A DNA stretch of 64,000 nt from Caulobacteraceae bacterium (lineage in GTDB: Bacteria > Pseudomonadota > Alphaproteobacteria > Caulobacterales > Caulobacteraceae). Of this stretch, positions 50,127-59,814 are shown piece after piece (position 1 is the stretch's first letter; each line of letters opens with the position of its first letter). The position numbers were made by a program, and so were the translations under genes. The stretch is from positions 26,930 to 90,929 of the forward strand of contig DASVBC010000005.1 of NCBI GenBank assembly GCA_036376035.1, in the 5' to 3' direction. The notes beneath the pieces were generated by a model, which was not told the DNA's origin, made no database searches, and saw only the letters and a program-made list of their open reading frames with translations.

Positions 50127-50685
50127 CGCCCGCATCGCGGTCATCTGCGCGGTGATCTTCGCCGGCATGGTCGGCGCCGCTTACGCCGCCGTGCCGCTCT
50201 ACCGCGCCTTCTGCCAGGTCACGGGCTTCGACGGCACCGTGCGCAAGGCCGAGGCCGCGCCGACGAAAGTGCTCGACCAGACCGTCACCGTCCGCTTCGA
50301 CGCCAACGTCCGGGGCATGCCCTGGGACTTCAAGCCTGACCAGGTGAGCCAGGAGATCCGGATCGGCGAGACATCGCTGGCTTTCTTCCGCGTCACCAAC
50401 AACGGCAAGACGCCGATCACCGGCCGCGCCAGCTACAACGTCGTGCCCGAACAGGCCGGCCCCTACTTCCAGAAACTGGAGTGCTTCTGCTTCACCGAGC
50501 AGACCGTCCAGCCGGGCCAGACGATGGACTTTCCGGTCGTCTATTTCGTCGATCCGCAGTACGCGAGCGACCCCGAGACGAAGCGCGGGACGGAGATCAC
50601 CCTGTCCTACACCTTCTTCCCGGTCGAAAAGCAGCGCGCACAAGCCTCATCGCCCCTTGGCGAAGGCGCTTCCGGGCGGCTATAG
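50104..50685 (+). CDS. ctaG: Cytochrome c oxidase assembly protein CtaG/Cox11
   Basis: VPLYRAFCQVTG, YFQKLECFCF, MDFPVVYFVDP, ITLSYTFF. Confidence 0.96.
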   Translation: MSRPARSNARIAVICAVIFAGMVGAAYAAVPLYRAFCQVTGFDGTVRKAEAAPTKVLDQTVTVRFDANVRGMPWDFKPDQVSQEIRIGETSLAFFRVTNNGKTPITGRASYNVVPEQAGPYFQKLECFCFTEQTVQPGQTMDFPVVYFVDPQYASDPETKRGTEITLSYTFFPVEKQRAQASSPLGEGASGRL

Positions 50686-50729
50686 CACACCCGATTCCAC
50701 GGGGTTCCTGAGGGGCGAAGAGCACGGAC

Positions 50730-51596
50730 ATGGCACACGGCGCCGTCAAGCACGACTACCACCTGGTCAATCCGAGTCCCTGGCCGCTCGTCGGCTCGAT
50801 CGCCGCCGTCGTCCTGACCATGGGCGCGGTGATCTGGATGAAGGGCCTGTTCGGCCTGGAGAAGGGCACGCCCTGGGTCCTGCTCGCCGGTTTCGCCGGC
50901 ATCATCTACACGATGATCGGCTGGTGGACGGACGTGGTGAAGGAAGCCAACGCCGGCGACCACACCCCCGTCGTCTCCATCGGCCTGCGCTACGGCATGA
51001 TCCTGTTCATCGCCTCGGAGGTGATGTTCTTCGTCGCCTGGTTCTGGATGTTCTTCGAGATGGCGCTGTTCTCGGAAGTGCGCGCCGCCTCGCCGATCAG
51101 CGAAGTCGCCGGCGCCTGGGCCACCTGGCCGCCCAAGGGCGTCGAGCTCGTCCCCGCCTTCCACCTGCCGCTGGTCAACACCCTGACGCTGCTGCTGTCG
51201 GGCACCACCGTCACCTGGGCCCACCATGCGCTGCAACAGGGCGACCGCAAGAGCGCCAAGATCGGCCTGGCGCTGACGGTCCTGCTCGGGATCCTGTTCA
51301 CCTCGATCCAGGCCTACGAGTACAACCACATCCTGCACGAGAAGCTGTTCTATTCGGACGAGGCGGCCAACGCCGGCCTCTACGGCTCGACCTTCTTCAT
51401 GGCCACGGGCTTCCACGGCTTCCACGTGCTGATCGGGACCATCTTCCTGATCGTGTGCCTGATCCGCCTGATGAACGGCGGTTTCACGCCCCAGAAGCAC
51501 TTCGGCTTCGAGGCGGCGGCCTGGTACTGGCACTTCGTCGACGTGGTGTGGCTGTTCCTGTTCGCCTTCATCTACGTGATCTTCGGCACGCCCTAG
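50730..51596 (+). CDS. coxC: Cytochrome c oxidase subunit III
   Basis: [50 protein letters not shown]. Confidence 0.97.
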   Translation: MAHGAVKHDYHLVNPSPWPLVGSIAAVVLTMGAVIWMKGLFGLEKGTPWVLLAGFAGIIYTMIGWWTDVVKEANAGDHTPVVSIGLRYGMILFIASEVMFFVAWFWMFFEMALFSEVRAASPISEVAGAWATWPPKGVELVPAFHLPLVNTLTLLLSGTTVTWAHHALQQGDRKSAKIGLALTVLLGILFTSIQAYEYNHILHEKLFYSDEAANAGLYGSTFFMATGFHGFHVLIGTIFLIVCLIRLMNGGFTPQKHFGFEAAAWYWHFVDVVWLFLFAFIYVIFGTP

Positions 51597-51600
51597 GACG

Positions 51601-52314
51601 GTGAAGCGCTTTCCACTTGGCCTGACGCTCACGGTCGCCATCGCCTTCGCCATCCTCGTTGGCCTTGGCGCGTGGCAGCTGCAGCGGCTGAAGTGGAAGG
51701 AACAGCTGATCGCCCAGGTCCAGGCGGCGCAGACGGCGCCCGCCGTGCCGCTGCAAGGCGTGCTGGCGCAGGCCGCCGCGGGCGAGGACGTCAGCTACCG
51801 CAAGGTCGTCGCCGTCTGCCCGGGCCTCGCCACCGCGCCCTACGCCGAGCTCTACGCCCTGATGGATGGCCAGATGGGCTCGCGCCTGATCTCGGTCTGC
51901 CGGCTGGAGGGCCAGCCCTACGGCTCCATCCTCGTCGATCGGGGCTTTGTGGCCGAGACCATCTCCGCCCGCCCGCCCGAGCAGCCCGGCGATGAGCGCC
52001 CCACCGGCGTGCGCGGCGTCCTGCGCGCGCCCGAGCACCGCTCCTTCGTTTCCGCCCGGGACGACCCCGCCCACCGCCGCTTCTTCGCCCGCGAGATCGG
52101 GCCGATGGCCAGGGCGCTCGGCGCGGTCAACCCCGCGCCCTGGTTCCTGATGGCCGAGACCTCGACCAATCCCGAGTGGCAGGCGCTGAGGCCCGCGCCG
52201 CTGCCGGTGGACATTCCCAACCGCCACCTCGAATACGCCCTGACCTGGTTCGGCCTTGCGGGGGTCCTCCTCGCCGTCTATGCGGCCATGCTCCGGGGGC
52301 GGGGTAAGGACTGA
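51601..52314 (+). CDS. surf1: SURF1/Shy1 family oxidase biogenesis protein
   Basis: LGAWQLQRLKWK, LVDRGFV, NRHLEYALTWF. Confidence 0.93.
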   Translation: MKRFPLGLTLTVAIAFAILVGLGAWQLQRLKWKEQLIAQVQAAQTAPAVPLQGVLAQAAAGEDVSYRKVVAVCPGLATAPYAELYALMDGQMGSRLISVCRLEGQPYGSILVDRGFVAETISARPPEQPGDERPTGVRGVLRAPEHRSFVSARDDPAHRRFFAREIGPMARALGAVNPAPWFLMAETSTNPEWQALRPAPLPVDIPNRHLEYALTWFGLAGVLLAVYAAMLRGRGKD

Positions 52315-53708
52315 TGCGTTACATTTCCACACGGGCGGGATCGGCGGGCGAGGCCGCTCCGCTCGGCTTCCTGGACGCCGTGCTGGCGGGCCTGGCCCCC
52401 GACGGCGGCCTCTACGTCCCCGAAGCCTGGCCGACCTTCACGACCGCCGAGATCGCCGCCTTCGCCGGGCGCCCGTACGCCCACGTCGCCGCCGCCGTGC
52501 TCGGCAAGTTCGCCGACGGCGAGATCGACGCCGCCGACCTCCTGGCCATGTGCGAGGCCGCCTACGCCACCTTCGACCACGCCGCCGTCACGCCGCTGAA
52601 GCAGCTGTCGCCCAGCCTCTTCCTGCTCGAGCTGTTCCACGGGCCCACGCTCGCCTTCAAGGATGTGGCGATGCAGCTGCTGGGGCGGCTGTACGATCAC
52701 GCGCTGAGCAGGCAGGGCCGCACCATGACCATCGTGGCCGCCACCTCGGGCGATACCGGCGGCGCGGCAGTCGAGGCCTTCCGCGGCCGCTCCAACGCCC
52801 GGATCGTCGTCCTGTTCCCCGATGGCCGCATCAGCGAGGTGCAGCGCCGGTTCATGACCTGCGCCGCCGACGACAACGTCCGCTGCGTGGCGGTGGAGGG
52901 GACCTTCGACGACTGCCAGGCCATCGTGAAGGGCGCCTTCCAGGACGACCAGTTCCGTCGCGCGGTCGACCTGTCGGGCGTCAACTCCATCAACTTCGCC
53001 CGCATCGCCGCCCAGGTCGTCTATTACTTCACCGCCGGGGTCGCGCTCGGCGCGCCGCGGCGGCCCGTGTCCTTCGCCGTGCCGACGGGCAACTTCGGGG
53101 ACGCCTTCGCCGGCTATGTGGCCCACCGCATGGGTCTGCCGATCGAGCACATCCTGGTCGCCACCAACGCCAATGACATCATGGCGCGGGCGTTCGAGGA
53201 CGGCCGCTACGCCAGGGGTGAGGTGTCCTTCACCCAGTCGCCGGCCATGGACATCCAGATCGCCTCCAACTTCGAGCGTCTCTACTTCGAAGCCTGTGGC
53301 CGAAACGGGTCTGAGACCGCCCGCGCCTTCAACAGCTTCGGCCAGTCCGGCGCGCTGGACATCCCCGCCGCCGCCCACGCCGAAATGCGCAAGCTCTTCT
53401 CCGGCGCCGCGGTCAGCGAGGCCGACACCGCCGCGACCATCCGCGCGGTGTTCGAGGAGACCGGCGAGATCATCGACCCGCACACCGCCGTCGCCGTCTG
53501 CGCCGCGCGGCGGGCCGGGACGCCGATGATCGCGCTCTCCACCGCCCACCCCGCCAAGTTCCCGGAGGCCGTCGCCATAGCTTGCGGCCATACGCCGGCC
53601 ATCCCCGAGCGTTCCGCCGCGCTCGCCGAGTTGCCCGAGCGGTTCGATCGCCTGCCCGCCGACCAGGGCGCGGTGAAGGCCTACATCCGTGAGTTCGCCC
53701 GGGCGTGA
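52314..53708 (+). CDS. thrC: Threonine synthase
   Basis: YISTR, GLAPDGGLY, ELFHGPTLAFKD, ATSGDTG, SGVNSINFARI, VPTGNFG, STAHPAKF. Confidence 0.97.
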   Translation: MRYISTRAGSAGEAAPLGFLDAVLAGLAPDGGLYVPEAWPTFTTAEIAAFAGRPYAHVAAAVLGKFADGEIDAADLLAMCEAAYATFDHAAVTPLKQLSPSLFLLELFHGPTLAFKDVAMQLLGRLYDHALSRQGRTMTIVAATSGDTGGAAVEAFRGRSNARIVVLFPDGRISEVQRRFMTCAADDNVRCVAVEGTFDDCQAIVKGAFQDDQFRRAVDLSGVNSINFARIAAQVVYYFTAGVALGAPRRPVSFAVPTGNFGDAFAGYVAHRMGLPIEHILVATNANDIMARAFEDGRYARGEVSFTQSPAMDIQIASNFERLYFEACGRNGSETARAFNSFGQSGALDIPAAAHAEMRKLFSGAAVSEADTAATIRAVFEETGEIIDPHTAVAVCAARRAGTPMIALSTAHPAKFPEAVAIACGHTPAIPERSAALAELPERFDRLPADQGAVKAYIREFARA

Positions 53709-54964
53709 GCGCGCGCCTGCATACCCTTTCCAACGGTGTCCGCGTCGTCTGCGATCCCATGCCGGGGCTGGAGACCATCGCGCTGGCGGTCGTCGCCGGG
53801 CGTGGCGCGCGCTACGAGGACGAGGCGCGGTCCGGCTGGTCGCACCTGCTCGAACACATGGTCTTCAAGGGCGCCGGCGAGCGCTCCGCCCGCGACATCG
53901 TCGAGGTCATTGAGGCGGCCGGGGGCCAGATCAACGCCGCCACCTCCTATGAGCGCACCAGCTTCGAGGTCCGCGCGCTGAAAGGCACGCTGCCGCTGGC
54001 CATGGAGGTGCTCGCCGACCTCGTCCTGCGCCCGACCCTGAACGAGGCCGACCTCGAACGCGAAAAGGACGTCGTCGCCCAGGAGATCGCCGAGGCCGAC
54101 GACACGCCCGACGACTTCATCTTCGAGTCCGCCCGCGCCGCCGCCTTCGCCGCCCAGCCGCTGGGCCGCCCTGTGCTGGGCACGGTCGACAGCATCGCCG
54201 CCGCCACGCCCGCGACGCTCGGCGACTGGCGCGCCGCCCTCTACGCCCCCGACCGGCTGGTCGTCAGCGCCTCGGGCGCCATCGACGAAGACGAACTCCT
54301 CGCCCTCGCCGAGCGGGCGTTCGGCGCCGAGAGCGGCACGGGCGCGGCGGGTGCTGTCCCCGCCGCCTTCACCGGCGGCCATGCGCCCACCGTCCGCAAG
54401 CTGGAGCAGGCGCATCTCGTCGCCTTCCTGCCCGCGCCCGGCGCCTGTGATGACGACTACTTCGCCCTTCGCCTGTTCGCCGAGGCGCTGGGCGGCGGGA
54501 TGTCCTCGCGCCTGTTCCAGGAAGCGCGCGAGAAACGGGGCCTGGCCTACGCCATCGACGCCTACGCCGAGACCTACGCCGACACCGGCCTGCTCGGCGT
54601 CTACGCCGGCTGCCGGGCGAAAGACGCCGCCGAACTCGCCCGCATCACGGCCGACCAGATCACCGATCTTGCCGGCCACGTCACCGACGCCGAACTCGCC
54701 CGCTGCAAGGCCCAGCTGAAGGCGCACCTGTTCATGTCGGCCGAGCGCCCGCTGGCCCGGGCCGAAGCCGCCGCCGGCCAGACCCTCCTCTTCGGCGCGC
54801 CGCTGACGCTCCCGGGCCTTGCCGCGTCGATCGAGGCCGTCACCTCCGCCGACATCACCCGCCTTGGCGAGCGGCTGCTTTCAGCGCGCAAGGCCGTCAC
54901 GGCCGTGCTCGGCCCAAGGCCCGCGATGAATGCTCCCGAAGCCTTCGATCGCGCCCTCTTCTGA
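53705..54964 (+). CDS. M16 family zinc peptidase (MPP-like)
   Basis: HLLEHMVFKG (HxxEH), NAATSYERT, GGGMSSRLFQEAREKRGLAY. GTG start overlaps the thrC stop. Confidence 0.94.
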   Translation: MSARLHTLSNGVRVVCDPMPGLETIALAVVAGRGARYEDEARSGWSHLLEHMVFKGAGERSARDIVEVIEAAGGQINAATSYERTSFEVRALKGTLPLAMEVLADLVLRPTLNEADLEREKDVVAQEIAEADDTPDDFIFESARAAAFAAQPLGRPVLGTVDSIAAATPATLGDWRAALYAPDRLVVSASGAIDEDELLALAERAFGAESGTGAAGAVPAAFTGGHAPTVRKLEQAHLVAFLPAPGACDDDYFALRLFAEALGGGMSSRLFQEAREKRGLAYAIDAYAETYADTGLLGVYAGCRAKDAAELARITADQITDLAGHVTDAELARCKAQLKAHLFMSAERPLARAEAAAGQTLLFGAPLTLPGLAASIEAVTSADITRLGERLLSARKAVTAVLGPRPAMNAPEAFDRALF

Positions 54965-54965
54965 A

Positions 54966-55112
54966 CCCCTCCCCTCGAGGGGGAGGGGCAGGGGGGGTGT
55001 GGCCGCCGAGCTGACGCAGGCGCTCCGTCGGCTCGGAGCCAAACAGCGCCAATCGCCATTTCATTGCCCACACCCCCCTCCCCGGCCCGTCCCCCCTCGG
55101 GGGGGCAGGGGG
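54966..55112. repeat. Palindromic intergenic element, family D (related to family C)
   Basis: CCCCTCCCCTCGAGGGGGAGGGG left hairpin, GGGGGGTGTGG...CCACACCCCC inner inverted repeat, degenerate right hairpin. Related to 62445-62605. Confidence 0.8.
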
Positions 55113-55122
55113 ATAAAGCGCC

Positions 55123-55713
55123 ATGGCCCTGCTCGACTTCATCGCTCCGGAAAGCGGCCTGCGCCTCAGCGGCGAGGGGGTGACGCTGCGCCCGCCGCGC
55201 TGGGGCGACTACGCCGAATGGTCGGCGCTGCGCGAGGCGTCGAAGGCCTTCCTCCAGCCGTGGGAGCCGATCTGGGGCGAGGATGACCTGACCCGCGCCG
55301 CCTTCCGCCGCCGGCTGGCCAGCTACCAGCGCGACATCGACGGCGGCACGGCCTTTCCCTTCTTCGTCTTCCGCGATGAGGACGGCGCCATGGTCGGCGG
55401 CATCACCCTCTCCAACGTCCGCCGCGGCGTCGCCCAGATGGCGTCCATCGGCTACTGGTGCGGCCAGCCCTACGCCCGCAGCGGCTACATCTCGGCGGCC
55501 GTGACGGCGGTGAGCCGCTTCGCCTTCGAGCAGCTGGGCCTGCACCGCGTCGAAGCCGCCTGCCTGCCGGCAAACGAGAAGTCCGCGAACCTTCTCCTCA
55601 AGTGCGGCTTCACCGAGGAGGGGTTTGCGAAGAAGTACCTCAAGATCAACGGCGACTGGCGCGACCACCGCCTGTTCGGGTTGCTGGCGCCGGAGCTACG
55701 CGAGCCCCGCTAA
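55123..55713 (+). CDS. RimJ/RimL family GNAT N-acetyltransferase
   Basis: FLQPWEP, GGITLSNVRRGVAQ, IGYW, LHRVEAACLP, LKINGDWRDH. Confidence 0.92.
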   Translation: MALLDFIAPESGLRLSGEGVTLRPPRWGDYAEWSALREASKAFLQPWEPIWGEDDLTRAAFRRRLASYQRDIDGGTAFPFFVFRDEDGAMVGGITLSNVRRGVAQMASIGYWCGQPYARSGYISAAVTAVSRFAFEQLGLHRVEAACLPANEKSANLLLKCGFTEEGFAKKYLKINGDWRDHRLFGLLAPELREPR

Positions 55714-56694
55714 GAGCCGCTCCAGCTCGGCCATATCCGCCGGCAGCGGCGTCTCGAACCGCAGCTTCTCGGCCGTGATCGGGTGGACAAAGCCTAGCAC
55801 GGCCGCATGTAGCGCCTGCCGCCCTAGCCCCGCCTCCGCGATGGCCTCGCGGACCGCCGCCGCAGGCTGGCCGGAGCCATAGACCGGATCGCCCAGGCAC
55901 GGCGCGCCCTTGCTGGCGAGGTGCACCCGGATCTGATGCGTGCGCCCGGTCTGCAGGCGGCAGGCCACCCGCGCCGCCAGGGGCTTTTCCTGCGGCCCGA
56001 ACGTCTTCTCCACCACGTAGTGCGTCACCGCCTCGCGCCCGCCGCTCTTCAGCACGGCCATCTTCTTGCGGTCATGGCTGGAGCGGCCGATCAGCGTCTC
56101 GATGGTTCCCTTGGCGGGTGAGGGCGCCCCGCGCGTCAGGGCCACATAGACCCGTTCGATGTCGTGGGCGGAGAACAGCGCCGAGAGCCCCTGGTGCGCC
56201 GCGTCGGTCTTGGCCGCGACCATGACGCCCGAGGTGTCCTTGTCCAGCCGGTGCACGATCCCCGGCCGCGCCACCCCGCCGATCCCCGACAGGCTGTCGC
56301 CGCAGTGGTGGAGGAGGGCGTTGACCAGCGTGCCGCTCGGCGTCCCAGGCCCCGGGTGGGCGGCCATCCCCGCGGGCTTGTCGACCACGATCAGGTGCTC
56401 GTCCTCGAACAGCACCTCCAGCGGGATGGCCTCGGGCTTCGGCTCGGCGGCCTCCACCGGGGGGATCAGGATTTCGTACAGGCCCGCCGCGGCCTTGGCC
56501 GAAGCGTCGGTCACCGGCCGCTCGCACAGGCTAACCTGCCCCGCCGCCAGCAGCGCCTGGACCCTGGCCCGCGACAGCTCCGGCAGCTTGCCCGCCAGCG
56601 TCTTGTCCAGCCGCTCGCCCGCCTCCTCCGGCGCCACCTCGACGATGCGCACGCCCGGATCGTCGGGTTCGAAATCGTCCTGCGGCTCGGCCAT
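55696..56694 (-). CDS. rluD: RluA-family pseudouridine synthase (RluD-like, with S4 domain)
   Basis: RLDKTL, SRARVQ, VVDKPAG, RPGIVHRLDKDTSG, TGRTHQIRVH, RQALHA. ATG at 56694. Confidence 0.9.
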   Translation of the reverse strand: MAEPQDDFEPDDPGVRIVEVAPEEAGERLDKTLAGKLPELSRARVQALLAAGQVSLCERPVTDASAKAAAGLYEILIPPVEAAEPKPEAIPLEVLFEDEHLIVVDKPAGMAAHPGPGTPSGTLVNALLHHCGDSLSGIGGVARPGIVHRLDKDTSGVMVAAKTDAAHQGLSALFSAHDIERVYVALTRGAPSPAKGTIETLIGRSSHDRKKMAVLKSGGREAVTHYVVEKTFGPQEKPLAARVACRLQTGRTHQIRVHLASKGAPCLGDPVYGSGQPAAAVREAIAEAGLGRQALHAAVLGFVHPITAEKLRFETPLPADMAELERLLAGLA

Positions 56695-56789
56695 GGCCCA
56701 GCTTACCGGCCCTGAGCCATCTGCGCACTTCCCTTTCCCGTTGGAAGGTTGAGTATGCAACCAACAACAAGCGGTGAGGGGACTTTTCG

Positions 56790-58448
56790 ATGTTCAAGCT
56801 CGACAGACGCCGGGCGCTCGGCCTGATCGGCGCCGGCACGCTGGCCAAACCGGCGCTCGCCCAGCCGGTCAACGCCGTCTTCGCCCACGGTGTGGCCAGC
56901 GGCGATCCCCTCGACGATCGGGTGATCATCTGGACCCGCGTCTCCGCGCCCGACGGCCAGCGCACCCGCGTCAGCTGGGAGCTCGCCGAGAATCCCGCCT
57001 TCCTCAAGGGCCTGCGCAAAGGCGTCGCCTTCACCGACGCCTCGCGCGATGGGACCGTGAAGGTCGATGTGACGGGGCTGAGGCCCGGCCGCGACTACTA
57101 CTACCGCTTCTCCGTGGGCGGCTCGAAGTCGCCGGTCGGCCGCGCCCGCACCCTGCCCAAGGGCAAGACGGACGAAGTGGTCCTCGCCGTCGCCTCCTGC
57201 GCCCTTTGGCCCGGCGGCTTCTACAACGCCTATGAGGCCATCGCCGCCCAGCCGCGCGTCGACGCGGTCGTCCACCTTGGCGACTACATCTATGAGTACG
57301 GCCCGGACGGGTACGGCGGCGAGATCGGCGCCAAGCTCGGCCGCATCGTCGATCCGCCGTATGAGATCCTCACGCTGGCCGACTACCGCGCCCGCCATGC
57401 GCAGGCGAAATCCGATCCCAAGCTCCAGGCGGCCCACGCCAAGGCGCCCTGGATCGTCGTCTGGGACGACCACGAGGTGGCCAACGACAGCTGGATGGGC
57501 GGCGCCGAGAACCACCAGCCGGCCACCGAAGGCGCCTTCGACGCGCGCAAGGCCAACGCCCTTCACGCCTGGTACGAGTGGATGCCGATCCGCGATCCGA
57601 AGCCCAACCAGGCCTTCGAGGCGATCAACCGCAGCTTCCACTTCGGCGACCTCGCCAGCCTGATCATGGTCGAGACGCGCCTGACCGCCCGCACCCACCA
57701 GCTCGACTACGGCAATGATCTGCTGGTGGACGGCAAGCCCGACCCCGACGGCTTCAAGGCCAAATACCTCGACCCCGCCCGCACCATGATGGGCGAAAAG
57801 CAGGAGGCCTGGCTGGCGGGCGAACTCGCCGCGTCGGTCACCGCCGGCCGCCCCTGGCAGGTGCTCGGCAACCAGGTGGTCATGGCCCGCGTGACCATGC
57901 CCGATGTCCGCTCGCAGATGAGCGAGGAGGCCTTCAACACCATGGTCGGCGGCCTGCCGGACGAGTTCAAGGAACCGGTCATGCAGGCCCAGGCCATCGC
58001 CGCCGCGGGCCTGCCCTACAACCTCGACTCCTGGGACGGCTATCCGGTCGCCCGCGAGCGGTTCTATGGGATGGTGAAGCAGACCGGCGCGCGCGCCATC
58101 GTCCTGTCCGGCGACAGCCACGCCTTCTGGGCCAACGAGCTGCACGACATGAAAGGCGAGCGCGTCGGGGCCGAGTTCGGCGCGACGGGTATCACCTCGC
58201 CAGGTTTCAGCGACGTCCTCACCGGCGCGCCCATCAACGAGGCCTTCGAGGCGCGCAACGCCGAGGTCAAATACACCGACCACGGCGCCAAGGGTTTCGT
58301 GCTGCTGACCCTCACCCCCAGCGCCGCGACCGCCGACTACGTCGCCGTCTCGACCATCTATGCGCCGGGATACGAGACTGCCGTCCTCAAACGCTTCCGC
58401 GTCGAGCCGGCCGAGCGGGGCGTGGGCGCGCTGAGCGAGGTTTCGTAA
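56790..58448 (+). CDS. phoD: Alkaline phosphatase D family protein, Tat-exported
   Basis: RRRALG signal, HGVASGDP, HLGDYIYEYG, WDDHEVAND, NLDSWDGY, LSGDSH. Confidence 0.93.
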   Translation: MFKLDRRRALGLIGAGTLAKPALAQPVNAVFAHGVASGDPLDDRVIIWTRVSAPDGQRTRVSWELAENPAFLKGLRKGVAFTDASRDGTVKVDVTGLRPGRDYYYRFSVGGSKSPVGRARTLPKGKTDEVVLAVASCALWPGGFYNAYEAIAAQPRVDAVVHLGDYIYEYGPDGYGGEIGAKLGRIVDPPYEILTLADYRARHAQAKSDPKLQAAHAKAPWIVVWDDHEVANDSWMGGAENHQPATEGAFDARKANALHAWYEWMPIRDPKPNQAFEAINRSFHFGDLASLIMVETRLTARTHQLDYGNDLLVDGKPDPDGFKAKYLDPARTMMGEKQEAWLAGELAASVTAGRPWQVLGNQVVMARVTMPDVRSQMSEEAFNTMVGGLPDEFKEPVMQAQAIAAAGLPYNLDSWDGYPVARERFYGMVKQTGARAIVLSGDSHAFWANELHDMKGERVGAEFGATGITSPGFSDVLTGAPINEAFEARNAEVKYTDHGAKGFVLLTLTPSAATADYVAVSTIYAPGYETAVLKRFRVEPAERGVGALSEVS

Positions 58449-58484
58449 GGCTTTCTTAGCCACAACACGGCCAAGTCTGGCGCC

Positions 58485-59498
58485 ATGCCGTTGCTGCCCA
58501 AACCGCCGGTCCTCAGCCTCGTCGTGCCCGTGCACAACGAGACCGGCACTGTCGGCCTGTTCCTCGCCCGCGCCGTGCCGGTGCTGAAGGGCCTTGGCCG
58601 CAACTTCGATTACGAGATCGTCTTCGTCGACGACGGCTCGACCGACGCGACGCTCGCCGAGCTGATCGCCGCGCGCAAAGCCAACCCGCGCATCCGCATC
58701 GTCGCCCTGTCGCGCAACTTCGGGAAGGACACCGCGCTGGCCGCGGGCCTGGCCCACGCCACCGGCCAGGCGGTCATCCCCATCGATGTCGACCTGCAGG
58801 ACCCGCCCGAGGTGATCCCGCAGCTGGTCGCCAAGTGGCGCGAGGGGTTCGATGTCGTGAACGCCCGCCGCGCCGACCGCTCGTCCGACACCTGGCTGAA
58901 GCGCACGACGGCGCGCGCCTTCTACCGCGTCTTCAACCAGATGGCCGACCGGCCGATCCTGGAAAACGTCGGCGATTTCCGGCTGCTCAGCCGCCGGGTG
59001 GTCGATGTGGTCAACCAGTTCCCCGAGCGCGCCCGGTTCATGAAGGGCCTGTTCTCGTGGGTCGGCTTTTCCCACGCCACCATCGACTACCAGCGCGACG
59101 TTCGCGCGGCGGGCCAGACCAAGTGGCGCTACTGGAAACTGTGGAACTTCGCCGTCGACGGCATCACCAGCTTCACGACCGTGCCGCTGCGCATCTGGAG
59201 CTACTTCGGCGCGGCCATCGCCTTCCTCGCCTTCGTCTTCGCAGCCGTGCTCATCGTCCGCACCCTGATCTACGGGATCGACACGCCCGGCTACGCCTCG
59301 CTGATGGTCGTGGTGCTGGGGCTGGGCGGCATCAACCTGCTCTCGCTCGGCGTCATCGGCGAGTACCTTGGCCGCACCTACACCGAGGTGAAGGGCCGGC
59401 CGCTCTACATCATCGACCGGACGTTTGGCTTTGAGGGCCCGGTGCGAGGGCCCACAGCTTCGCGAGCACGAAAGTCGCCGGCGGTACGACCGCGATAA
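58485..59498 (+). CDS. GT2 polyprenol-phosphate glycosyltransferase (GtrB/YkcC-like)
   Basis: VVPVHNE, VDDGSTD, LSRNFGK, DVDLQDPP, GDFRLLSR, two C-terminal TM helices, IGEYLGR. Confidence 0.92.
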   Translation: MPLLPKPPVLSLVVPVHNETGTVGLFLARAVPVLKGLGRNFDYEIVFVDDGSTDATLAELIAARKANPRIRIVALSRNFGKDTALAAGLAHATGQAVIPIDVDLQDPPEVIPQLVAKWREGFDVVNARRADRSSDTWLKRTTARAFYRVFNQMADRPILENVGDFRLLSRRVVDVVNQFPERARFMKGLFSWVGFSHATIDYQRDVRAAGQTKWRYWKLWNFAVDGITSFTTVPLRIWSYFGAAIAFLAFVFAAVLIVRTLIYGIDTPGYASLMVVVLGLGGINLLSLGVIGEYLGRTYTEVKGRPLYIIDRTFGFEGPVRGPTASRARKSPAVRPR

Positions 59499-59814
59499 CG
59501 ACCAGCAGGCTCGCCCAGAACGGCCAGCCGCCCTTCACCGTCAGCGCAAAGACGATGGCCTGGTTCAGCGCGAACCCGGCCAGCGACAGCACCACGAACT
59601 TCGCAAACGCCCCGATCCGCCAGGGCGCCACGCGGAACGTCACGATGGCGTTGCCGAGGTAGGAGACCCCCAGCGCCGTGCAGAAGGCCAGGGTGTTGGC
59701 CTCCAGCGGTGCGAGCTTCAGGAACCTGGCGGCCGCCAGCGCCACGACGAAGTGGGTCGCGCTCGCCGCCGCTCCGATCACCGCAAACCACGGCAACTCG
59801 CGCCGGATGCTCAT
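59410..59814 (-). CDS. GtrA family protein (putative lipid-linked sugar translocase)
   Basis: ATG at 59814 (ATGA overlap with the methyltransferase stop). WFAVIG, ANTLAF, YLGNAIVTF, KFVVLS.GFALNQ, KLWAL. Four TMs. Confidence 0.85.
   Translation of the reverse strand: MSIRRELPWFAVIGAAASATHFVVALAAARFLKLAPLEANTLAFCTALGVSYLGNAIVTFRVAPWRIGAFAKFVVLSLAGFALNQAIVFALTVKGGWPFWASLLVVIAVVPPATFVLAKLWALAPGPQSQTSGR

Noticed and set aside
55696-55713. 18-bp convergent overlap of the GNAT gene and rluD
   Set aside because: Short tail-to-tail overlaps are common in compact high-GC genomes.
56695-56789. Pho box upstream of phoD (also checked upstream of the TBDR, 44587-44689)
   Set aside because: No convincing pair of (C/T)TGTCA(T/C) repeats at 11-bp spacing.
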